64,000 nucleotides of DNA, taken from NCBI RefSeq assembly GCF_006345805.1, contig NC_043009.1, forward strand, positions 17,608,001 through 17,672,000. Direction: 5' to 3'. Source of the DNA: Octopus sinensis. Its lineage: Eukaryota. A program made the position numbers and the translations under genes. Below the pieces are notes generated by a model, which did not search any database, was not told the origin of the DNA, and saw only the letters and a list, made by a program, of their open reading frames with translations. Shown one piece after another: positions 36,736 through 48,350 of this stretch (position 1 is its first letter; every line of letters starts with the position of its first letter).

Positions 36736-39700
36736 AAAAGATTATTATTATTATTATTATTATTAGCAGCAGCAACAGTAGTGGTACTAGAGTGCAGAAG
36801 ACAGTTTGAAGGGAGTCCTTATGTCACATTCCTAAAAATGCCTGTTATTTCCCCCTCAAGTCCTCTCTTAATTACGACTCAGTCTCATGAAGGACTAAAG
36901 ATCACTTTTGTCAGAAAATATAGATAATACTTTAAGTGGTTGGTAATTTTTTTAGAATCCATCATTCCTATGTTAAAGAGAGTTGATATTTATTTCCAAA
37001 TAGTGTGTTCTATAAAGTATCACAGTTCAATGTTTGAAGTACACCCTTTTCCAAATTTATCTTTATACAGTCCTAAAATGTTGAAGAAAAAACAAAAGAG
37101 AGAGAGAGATCCAATTAAAAATTATTTGGATTGTCTCTAAAGCATGACAATATATTAATAATGAAGAATGAGTTGGTATGCTTCTGGTCAGTTGTGGGTG
37201 AAAGACATTTATTAAGCATGGTTGGGCAGTTAAAACAGGAAATTAATTGTTTTCTGCAGCCATAATGCTAATTATAATCATGTGGAGCCACACTGGTGAA
37301 GACCAAGAGGCTAACTTGAAGTGCCTGCAATGAACACTTACCAATTAGAAGAATGGCCTTGACTTATATTTTTTCAAGTGTCTTTAGTGATGGTAAAAGG
37401 TACCACCCTAAATGAGGGAGCAATTCTTCTTAAGTGGTGTACAGAACTCATGGCAAATGAAGAGCTGTAATATTTCTATTTTTAATTGCAAATAATGTCT
37501 AGAACAAGATGGGAAGCAAGCTTTTCACAACTGTGATAAGAAAAACTTTATAAAAGCACTTCACTATTAATACAAAAGACTGATTTGTTAAGACAAAGAG
37601 AGAAGGCAGCAAAGAAAACTATTGAAAATTGTAAGAATCAAGAAAGAATACTAGCAGTAGTTGAGCCGCACATGATTGCTGACCAATTAAAGGGCAGATA
37701 GCAGACTTCACTTATATCCAAAACTGACAACATACCGCCAACAGAACAATTGAAGATGATGGCTATTCATCAAATGAGTTTCACTAATCTCATGATTTAC
37801 TTGAAGCTTGTTAAAATATACCAACAATCACTAAAGGCTGCAATGAATTTGAAAATTACTCAAAGAATAACTAATGGCTGAAATGCCATCAGAATTTTTA
37901 ATGAATGGATGATGCTGTATAATAGAACATCAAAGTCTATATTGAACTTTTCCAATTTGGAGGATTATTATCAATGTATGGCTACATGTCGTTTTCTTCT
38001 TTTTCTTAAGTCTACCAATTAGATAAAATATAGAGTCAGTCTGTAGCTTCACCCTGTGTTCTAGTCAGAGACCTATAGTTTTTAGATGACTAGCTATAGT
38101 TTTTCTATGACAGTAAACTGTCATAAAAATGTAAGCACTAATTAAATGATAGCAACACAATGTAGAATAGCATCTCTTGTATCAACGAGATACATGAAAT
38201 CATAAACAAATAAAACATCAAAAGTCATAGAGAGGTTTGAACCTGTTTTTAGTTTCACTAAAGGTGACATGTTAGCAGTTATTGTGTTTCTCTGTTTATC
38301 AATAATGAAAACAGAATAATGATGATCAAAAAGTAAAAGATGAAAATTCTGATACAGATAAGATGTATTACATTTATATTAGCCATCTTTCTTGAAATAT
38401 AAATACCATTCTGTATACTGAGCATTAGAAACTAACTTATCAATTAAAAGGCTCCAAAGACTGAGACATGTACCTAAACCCACAGAACCAAGTTTGGCTA
38501 TGCTAGCATGGCCATAACAGAAACCTATAAATAAAAGATTTAAATCTTGTTGATAAAACTAATGCATAGGAAGGGTAGGTATAGAGTTAACAAAATGATG
38601 TTTCATGACATAAAAAAAAAACATTTCTTAAAACTTTAACTTCCACTATTAAATTATGAAAAATACAAACTTATTTTAAATGGAGTTTTTAATCCTTCAG
38701 TCACACATTTCATAAGAATCACATTAACTCTGTGGAAAGAAACCATATCCTGATTGCAAACTCAGAACATGGAATTGCATAGTGTCAAAGGACTGACCAT
38801 ATTCAATTGATCATTACTACTTCTCGGTTAATCTAAGCATTTTTTTTTTTTTAGTCCAGCAGTTGAGATGGGTAAGAAGACTCTGTAGAATTAAAGTGAA
38901 TACCTAACAAAGAGTGGGGTATACACTTTAAAGATAACCAAATGCTACCTATCTGACACTTCTCAAACAAAAGAGGCCGGTACCCTGCAATAGCTAAGAC
39001 AAGGATACTACTACTACTGATGATATATTTTGAAAAGAGAGAGAGAGAGTGAAAATATATTCATAATTTCTTTGGAATAAACAGAAGATATTTTGTATAA
39101 AAGAATGATCCATAGATAATTGAAGTAATCCATTATTTTTTAACACTACTTTTGGTCAACTTTTGACTACCATCTTTCCAAATATTTTTTGAAGATCACT
39201 TTCCCTGCAAGTCTTGAACAATATAATGCCAACAGGCCTCTGTAGGTCATTCAGTAACTGTTCATTGCTGAACTGGGACACCAAGCACAGGTGACATGCA
39301 TAAGCCTGCAATTGACTGCATCAAACCCAGTATTTGACAGTCATTTATTTTATTAATCTCAAATGAATGAAAGGCAATGCTCACCTCAGTGGGATTTGTA
39401 CTCAAAAACATAGAGGACTGTAATTTAAACACCAGATGGCATTTTTCCCAATGATTCTTCCGATCCACAGCTCTCTTCTGAGGTTACAATTGGCAGCATG
39501 AAGCAGTGAATGAAACACAGCTCAGACCACTGCTCCCTGCATAATCACTATTGCCAAGACTTAATCACAAATAATGAAGACTAAATTTGAAATCAATAAA
39601 AATAAAATATTACGGGCTGTATTTAGCTGAGTCAATAAAATGACATACTACTGTGGGCTGAAATTTTGTAAACGAAACCCGAGTTTTAGTCTGGTAACAT

Positions 39701-40744
39701 TTCTGGTGCCATAATAAATACATCCAGCCTAGTGGTCAGTGAAAGAAGAACATTTAAATGAAAAATTAAACAAAGCAGTAATACAACAATAATAACAGTG
39801 AAGATGATGATGATAAAAAGGATGATAGTTACGTGATTGAAGAGATTCTGATTAAGTATTAAATTTGGATAAGAGATACTTAGTTGACTAAAAACATGTC
39901 CCCCCACCACTACCACCACCATACTTTCATATAAATACAAGGTTTAACAAAGAAATCTGATAAGTTTTAGAGAAATTACAATGTTGCCAAATATATATAA
40001 AATATTTGGCAACCTAAAGTGTGTCATTTATAAACACATAACACTTAAGTAACATTTTCACTTAGTTTTGAAAATTACATCATTTGAATGCTTCACAATG
40101 TGCTCACACACACATACACACACACACACTTGTAGCCTAGTCTGCAAGTTTGGTATAGTATGCTGCACCATGTTTTGTCACAATCTTTCAATGAATAGCA
40201 GCTTTCAACTCGTCTTGTGTGCATGGTTTATTGATGAACATTTTCCCTGTGAAATGTTCATCAATCGTCCAAAATTTCCTAAGGAAATGAACATAAAGCA
40301 AAAGGTCAAGTGATCAATTAGGCATAGCATGTCGTGATGTTGAGAAATGATACAATTAGTTACCATTTCTTTAATGTCGACGGAAGCTCTTGTATATGGG
40401 CAGTCTATCTTGTTGCAAAAGTCATATGTTAATGACATGTCTGTTCAATTCTGAGAAAAGATGGTAGTGTAACAGGAATTCAGAATTCAGACATGCTACT
40501 GCAAATCCACTTTCTCCAAAGAAATACAGTTCCATCACAACCAAGTTTGCCACACAACATCACATTGGTACACGTTTACAGAGAAAAGGTTGCGCAGCAT
40601 CATTGAGGATTGCTGTCTGATCACTTTTTTCAAGCACATTGTTCTACTTATTGAACAATCAGAAACTTGTATGGAAATTTAAATCAAGATGCAACATCCC
40701 CTCATGCACTGAAAACACTACGGCAACATAGTTGAAGATTACTA

Positions 40745-41400
40745 CATCAACCACAATTCCCAATTTCACGGAAAAGACTAGTCCACACAATACAGTCTAT
40801 CTCCCGATGCTCAACCGTTGAACTATTTATTTTTACCAAAAAGTGTTTTTGAAACTGTCGCAGAGGAATCAAATGTTCAATGCATAATTTCTATTCATGG
40901 AAGACCTGATCCACTAAGGCAGCCAACTGATAATCAGGAAATGCGAGCTTTCTTTACTATAAACATTGTTTGGCATCAAACAGCTTCCTCAACTGTGGAA
41001 CTACTAGAATGCTGATATAAGGTATGGTGATCCATATATCTCCAGCATTATGTGTAACAATAGTTAATTCATATATTGTTTATGTAAAAAGTCACAAGGA
41101 ACCTCCACCACCAAAGGATTGTGACCATTTGAAATTTCAGGTTCACATCACATCTCAGTTATGTCAAGGCTTTTCTTCCAGGAAGCACAGAACTGGGAGA
41201 AAAGCAAAATTAACTGAGTTGGATGTCAACAGAGAAAATATTGACTTCCATAAAGTGGAAAAAATAAATGGAAGGGAAAATGTTTGCAGACTGTGTTCGC
41301 TGCAAAAAAGAAAAACTGCAAAAGGACCTCATCTATGTGTTCGTTTTGCAAAGTGACCTTGTGTTTTGCACAACATCCTTTGGACAGTTTCATGATAGAA
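40745..41400 (+). mobile_element. piggyBac (PGBD4-like) transposase relic with internal deletion
   Basis: N-part: PNFTEKTSP...AQPLNYLFLPKSVFETVAEESN and QPTDNQEMRAFFTINIV/GIKQLPQLWNY*. Immediately followed by C-part: TIVNSYIVY...DHLKFQVHITSQLCQGFSSRK...VCRLCSLQKRKTAKG.HLC (cysteine-rich domain). Confidence 0.8.
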
Positions 41401-42124
41401 ATATAGCATAACTATATTTTGTTGTTTGATAGTAATACTATCATATATTCCTTTCATTTTATTACAATAATATGTGAAAGGGAGAAATACATATTAATTT
41501 TCACTATGTTGCACATCTGTATTCACCTTTGCCTCACCTGTTAATGAGCTTTTCTTTATTAGATGCATTCTGTTATGTAAATGTATTCACTGAATTGTAT
41601 AAGAGTACACTGCCAATGATAGATTGACTAGTAAAAGAGTATTGTACTTTATTTTCAATGAAAATGTTTGAATGAAATATAGAGAAAGAATAAAATCTTG
41701 TACCAATTAAGCCTGTATTTTAATTAATTCAAATTAATGTACCTCATCTTGGAAAGTGGCAAAATGTTTGGCAGTTGACATCTGGGATAATTTTAGTAAC
41801 AAATCAAATGGGTAAAATGCATTAAGAATTTCAATTTTGATGTCTATCCATAATATTATTGCTTTTATACCTGTTAATTAAATTTACCTGCCCATAAATG
41901 TCAAATTTAATCGATAAGATTAGCTAAAATTGCATAACTTTAATCCACTGGTATATAAGTACCCACTGACAAAATTTCAAATTTGTATGTAAAAAATTTA
42001 CAAAGTTACAAGCAAATATTGTGGACACCCCTTTTGAACCTGAATAATTCCAAATAACATGAACAAATAGTCATTACATTTGACAGATTAATCTGAACAC
42101 TAAAGGATTAAATGAATTGAGCTT

Positions 42125-42428
42125 CAGTACTTATTTCTTTAAGTCAGGTATTTATTCTACTGGTCTCTTTTGCCAAGACAACGCATTACAGGGACGTAAA
42201 CAAACTAATACTTGTTGTCAAGCAGTAGTGGAGGACTAACACAAAGACACACACAAACACACACAACATTGATATATATTCAATTGGCTTCTTTCAGCTT
42301 CTGTCTACCAAATTCACTCTTTGGGTGATCTGAGGTTTATAACAGAAGACAGTCACCCAAGGTGCCATGCAGTGAGACTGAATCCGGAATCATATGGTTG
42401 GAAATCAAGCTTCTTATCACAGAGCCAC
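42125..42428 (-). mobile_element. SINE family A copy
   Basis: Aligns with 5215-5570. Confidence 0.8.
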
Positions 42429-43412
42429 AACCATCTCAAATTACTTGCATACCACATATAAAAGTGCTAAAAAGTATATTTTCTGGTATTTGGTTTATCA
42501 ATGCAGGATAGAGAGAAGCTGACCACAACAAAATTCAAGTCTTAAAAAAAAATGAAATAGTGCCAAGTTCTGTGGCACAGGACAACTGACTCAACATTCC
42601 AAATCCTGTTTGAGCCAATTTCAAAAACACAAAGTATAGAAAATTAGATAAATTCTTTGAGGTGGTGGTGGGTCATCTCTTCTTTCTTTTTTTTTTTTTT
42701 TCAATATTATTCTGACAAATCTATATATGTGTGTGAAGGAAAAGTGAATAGATAAAGAATAATCATGAATTACTGTCACATATTTTCTAAATCTCAGAGA
42801 ATCATTTTACCCAAGATAGATAAATGACTTCTTTTTTTTTTCTTTTTTTCTTGTTTTTTTTGAGAGGGGAAGGTTTCACTGTTAGATATCTATATCAACA
42901 ATAACAATAATAATAGTATAGCAACAATGATGAATGATGTCACTCTATGAACTGCAAGAGATGCTAAACTAGTGTTTATATCTGGATTCTGTGGCATTAA
43001 GCAGACAGAGTCAAATTTCCTATTGGTTCAGACACTGATTTAAATCAAGTAATGCTCTCACATGCAATAACTGACTTTCCCACAATTACGTAAAGAGAAG
43101 AGGTGCAGAATTAAGTGTTCTGCCCAGAGATAGTGACATACCCCAACAAAATATTAACTCGTATCTCAAGAGATATCCAAGGCCTTCAACACTGGCCACC
43201 TCCACTAACACCAACTTTTATCAAATTATCAAATCACACTTTTGTTATTTAAAAAGGGGGGGGGGGCAAATAACATAATATAGTCCAAGCTGGCCATGAA
43301 GAAGAAACAGAATTGTCATCAGTAGAATGCCTTTGACCATTGGTCAGGATTGAGTTGAGATGAAACAAGAACATCCAGTTGCAGTCACAAGCCAACAAGT
43401 GTGCCTCTAGAT

Positions 43413-43662
43413 CAGAAGCTCTCAACAATGTTTTGCCTATGGACCCCTTTGATTCCTGTTTTACAGAGGGGTTGACCCTCATAGCCACTCAATGTCTAAA
43501 AACTATTATATTTTTATGATTAAATAGTTTTAGGAATTTTGTGCATTGCAGAAAATATTTTGTGTATTGTAGAAATATATCCAATTTATTGCATATAAAA
43601 TTTAACAACAAAATCTTATATGGGACCCCAAGGGCTATATGGACCCCGGTTGATAACCACTG
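43413..43662. mobile_element. hAT-type MITE, second copy, opposite orientation to 3842-4103
   Basis: Ends CAGAAGCTCTCAAC and GGTTGATAACCACTG. Flanks CTCTAGAT / CTCAAGAT are a 7/8 TSD of the NTCTAGAN type. Confidence 0.8.
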
Positions 43663-44683
43663 CTCAAGATGATAAATCCACCTGCTAGAAATGATAACCA
43701 AATTTTCCTCAGATGACACCTTCCTAGTATTAAAGAACAGTATATTGAATAATGTAGTCCTATAAAAGAAAAGATGGCTACAGTAAAAAAATACATCTGA
43801 TCAAATGTTTGTTTGATTGGGGTTATTGCCATGGGGTGAAACAACAACAATCAATCAGTGCCACTACAACTACTACCATCACAACACAAGTGACATCTTC
43901 TGTAACAACAGTAAAATCATACATCAAAAGATATTCTACTTATTTCAGAACCAAATCAGAATGCAGATTTGATGTGGTTGACAGAGGAAACGGTATGGTT
44001 AACAACATAGCTCACACAATTCAAAATAACTAAACTTAGTAACATTTAAGAGAGCAATTGTCTTACTTAGTCCAAACTAACTATGCACTAATTTTGGTAT
44101 TTTTACTTTTGGTTAATTATTTTATTTGTAATGTTTTATTTGTTTGCTGGCACCATGCTTAGTAATCAACCTGATTTGGCAACATCTGACCTGCTCTGTT
44201 GTGGAAGTAACATGGAGAGTATGGCATTCTTAACAGTAGACCACTACGCAATTATCGAGTCCGGTTCAGATACTAAATACTTCATATGCATGAAACATGG
44301 TACATTGCGGAATCCAGTACAGCCATGCACAAAACGCTACACATATTTATTTTTCAATTGTTCTCATATCCCTTTCAGCATGATTGGTTTAGAGTAAATT
44401 TGTATACTACTGAAGCACTTTACAGTTGAATGTCTTGGCTATGTCTACTTAAGAATCAGTAGGTCAGTTATATAGACCAAGACTATATAACCATGACTTG
44501 CCTAAGTATAGAACATAATAGTTGCAGTAGAATTTAAACTCATTAAACGTGTGATCAATAGCATAGCATAATATGGTACTAAAATATTAGCAACTTTATA
44601 CTAAGTTCAAGTTTGACCATATACTGAAACTTATGTGCCTGTGAATGAAATTTCTATATTTAACCAAAGGTAATCTAATCTAT

Positions 44684-44978
44684 GTGAAGGTGCATGCCCT
44701 AGTGCTCGGGGTGCTGAATTCACAATTGGTTTCAGTTGCCAGAGTGGCAGTGCATTGTATTCTTGAGCAAACCACTTCATATCCTATTGTTCCAGTTCAC
44801 TCAGCTGTAAGTGGGTAACCCTGTGACAGATGTTGGTCTTCTGTTCAGGAGGAACGTTAGCCTTCCTACCTAAGCTGGGGGAAGTGGCATCATTTGAAAG
44901 CTACAACAATGCAAGGAAATGCATTGTGACCAGTGGTGTATAACAACATCACATAATCTGGTCGATACATTGACACAG
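44684..44978 (+). mobile_element. tRNA-derived SINE (CTTGAGCAAA...CACTCAGCTG core)
   Basis: Head GTGAAGGTGCATG; shares its core with the minus-strand copy at 55990-56219. Confidence 0.65.
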
Positions 44979-46104
44979 TTAATATAATATACACACACAA
45001 TGATGATGATGGTGTATAGAATGTAGAAAATACATAGGATTAACACACAGAAAACAATGTTAACAGATAGAATAATTACTCAACAAGTGTACCTGATAGA
45101 ATAATTATTATATTATACTGTGCAGTGTAATGTGAATGGGTTAACAGAAATTGCAGTAAGGATCTCTAAATGAATTTAAAACAATTTACAAAAACAATTA
45201 ACTCAAAAGATGACATATTTGGTTTATAAAATACACTCATCCACACATTTCAGTTCAGAATGTGAAAAACATGAGAAAATTCTAAAACCATGTCATAAGT
45301 CCATAACTAGTGATTATGAAAAATCTCATGATCTGGATCAGTGGTGGTGGTGGAGGAAGAGTAGTAGTAGTAGCAGCAGCAGCAGTAGTAGTAGTAAGCT
45401 AAATGTTCCTAACAGGTGCTGAAAGTCGTTATCTTGGTTAATTACCCATAGCATCTTATATGCAGTTTATTAATAGCAGTGAAACTCAACATCATTACAG
45501 CAGACATCTGTTACATATATTGAAGATTTTTCACTGATTTTTACTTCAGGCCACCTAAGTCCCCAAGTTAGTCTAAAGTCAGTTATCATCTTCCTCCTCC
45601 TCCTCCTCATCTTCAGCAGTTTAACATTTGTCTTTCTACACTGATATCAATGGGACACTAACAGCAACAAAACAGTTATTACAATAAAGAAGGGAAACTT
45701 GATTTTGAAGTTGTAGCTAATGAGGCTAAATATTATTTGTGTCAAATAGTTTTGTGGAGAGAGAAAGAGAGACTCTCGGATAATTAGACTGGCTATTACT
45801 TTGATTTACAATAGTAATGATGATGAAGTGGAGAAGATATGAGAAAGAGGGTAAAGGGATTTTATAATATCTCAAAAGCAGCAGCAATTTATGAAACAGC
45901 TTCAGCTGGGACTCCAACCCATATTGCAAGCTGAGCCTGCTACTACATGCCACATAACCACAATTACATTTGATAATTTTCATACACAACTACATTAACA
46001 CATTTCAAATCATCTCTCATTTGCAAAACTTATTTAAATATTTTTTCCAGCTTCAAAAATAGTATCTGAAGGAAAGAAGCTGGTTATGTAAGTGTATATC
46101 TTTA

Positions 46105-46460
46105 TATCTTTTACTTGTTTCAGTCATTAGATTGCAGTCATGTTGGGGCACCATCTTGAATTATTGTTAGTTGACAGAATCAACTCAAGTACTTTTTTTT
46201 AATTTTTTAAAGCCTGGTACTTATTCTATCAATTTCTTTTGCTGAACCGCTACATTACAGGAACATAAACCACCAACACCAAAGACACACACACACACAC
46301 ACACATTCAACAAACTTCTTTTCAGTTTCCATCTACCAAATCCATTCACAAAGCCTGAGACTACAATAGAAGACACTTGTCCAAGGTGCTAAGAGGTGGG
46401 GCTGAACTTGGAACCATGTGGTTGGGAAGCAAGCTTCTTACCACACAGCCACATCTGCAC
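46105..46460 (-). mobile_element. SINE family A copy
   Basis: Aligns with 5215-5570. Confidence 0.85.
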
Positions 46461-46879
46461 CTGTGTTTATAAAATCTACTCAGGTGTATCTTATATAAAA
46501 AACAAAAGATACAAAAATCTTTATAATAATGACTGCTTACTGGGTGGATCCCAGTATGTGACTGGTACTTAGTTAATTGATCCAAGAAAGATGTAAGTTG
46601 AAAGTGACAGTATTGAAATTTGAAATCAGAAAAGCTGCACTAAATTCTCCACTATTTTCACGAAACAACTTTTCACAATAATGATAATAATAGTAATTAT
46701 TGTTCCTTACTTAGACAAGAAAACTGAAAACTTTGTAAGAAAGTAATGAACTTAGCATAATTTAATTTCTTCTATAGCCAGACATGTTTTCTGCAGAAAC
46801 AAAGATTAGGAACAAATGGCATCTGTCTAGGACTAAGAAAAAAAAGACACATATGCATGCAGACACACACACAGAGGTA

Positions 46880-47390
46880 ACTTTTTAGATTCCATCTACC
46901 AAATCCACTCACAAGGCTTTGGCCAGCCCAAGGCTATAGTAGAAGACACTTGCCAAAGATGCCATGCAGTAGGACTGAACCCAGAACCACATGGTTAGGA
47001 AGTGAGTTTTACAACTACACAGCCAGACACAGCTGTATGTTTGCTTCCTGATTTGGGCTAGTGTCTTCTACTATAGCCTTGGGCCACCTAAAAGTGGATT
47101 TGGTAAAAAGAAACTGAAAGAAGACCGGCACAAGCATGCGCGTACGTGCGCATGTGTGTGTGTGTGTGTGTGCGCGCACATGTGTAGGAGCGTTTTACAT
47201 TGTGTTTGTACTCCACTGCCACCTGACAACCAGTGCTGATGTGTTTATATCACTCAGTGGTTCTGCCAAAGAGACCGATAGAAAGAGAGGCAAGCTTAAA
47301 AGAATAAGTCCTAGAATTGATTTGTTCAACTAAAATTTTTCATGACAGTGCCCCAACAAAGATGCAGTCTCCTGACCAAAACAAGTAAAA
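46880..47390. mobile_element. Head-to-head pair of family A SINE fragments
   Basis: CCCAAGGCTATAGTAGAAGACACT (46927-46950) is the perfect reverse complement of 47060-47083. Confidence 0.8.
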
Positions 47391-47447
47391 TGATAATATA
47401 TATGTGTGTGTGTGTGTATCTAGGTATGTAGCTATGTATGTATGCCA

Positions 47448-47915
47448 TTATTCAGTTATTTCAAGAATTCTTGCCCGTAGAGAAAGAACTGGTTTCTAAC
47501 CTAGATCCAAGGGTCCTTCACTGGAATTTCAACACCAACAAGGTATTTTTGTTTGTATGTATGTATGTGTGCATGCATGTATGTATGTGCAGATTTGTAT
47601 GTTTTATGTATGTATTCTCTTGCATATAGTTGCATATCTAGACATATATATTTAAATGATAAACTTCTGGAAAGTTTTACAGATTTTTAAAGTTCCAGTG
47701 ATGGATTGGATATGTACTCTTAGAATTAGCTTTCTCCTTTCTGGCTTTGAGAAGCCTAATTTCTCAAGATTGGTATTTAGGCAATGTGTTACATATTCCA
47801 GGGCCCCAATAATTACAGGTATAAACCTAGTTCAACATAGGTGTTCTATTTTCATTGATCTTCAGCTTTATGTTAACATCTGCTGGGCAGCTAATTTCCA
47901 CAACCGTGTGTAGTT
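47448..47915 (-). mobile_element. 3' end of R4/Dong-like LINE inserted in (ATGT)n
   Basis: Minus strand: VVEISCPADVNIKLKINE.../ RFIPVIIGALEYVTHCLNTNLEKLGFSKPERRKLI...SITGTLKICKTF, followed by the 3' UTR. Confidence 0.8.
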
Positions 47916-47950
47916 TCCATTCTCTATCCCAAATTGTATGTATGTATGTT

Positions 47951-48053
47951 ATTATTCAGTTTATTTCAAAATTTCTTGCCAATAGAGAAAGAACTAGTTT
48001 CTAACCTAGACCCAAGGTTCCTTCATTGGAATTTCAACACCAACAACAGGGTA
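47951..48053 (-). mobile_element. Second, shorter copy of the same R4-like 3' UTR
   Basis: About 100-bp direct repeat of 47448-47548, also flanked by (ATGT)n. Confidence 0.8.
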
Positions 48054-48119
48054 TGTATGTCTGCATTTGTGCATGTATGTATGTATGCATATGAGATGTA
48101 ATATAAATACTATTCTTTT

Positions 48120-48350
48120 ATTTCTTTACTTGTTTCAGCTATTTAACTGCGGCCATGCCGGAGGACCACCTTGAAGGGTTTTACTCAAACAAATCAACAC
48201 ACACACACATATATATATATACGATGGGCTTCTTTCAGTTTCTGTCTACCAAGTCCACTCACAAAACTTTGGTCAGCCTGAGCTTATAGTAGAAGAACCA
48301 TGAACCCAGAACCATGTGGCTGGGAAAGTAAGCATCTTACCACATAGCCA
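48120..48350 (-). mobile_element. SINE family A copy, internally deleted
   Basis: Aligns with 5215-5570. Confidence 0.8.

Noticed and set aside
37200-38000. Purine-rich, coding-like stretch
   Set aside because: No sustained reading frame or recognisable motif found.
44291-44330. Small hairpin CATGGTAC...GTACAGCCATG as a pre-miRNA
   Set aside because: Too short, and no match to conserved miRNAs that I can recall.
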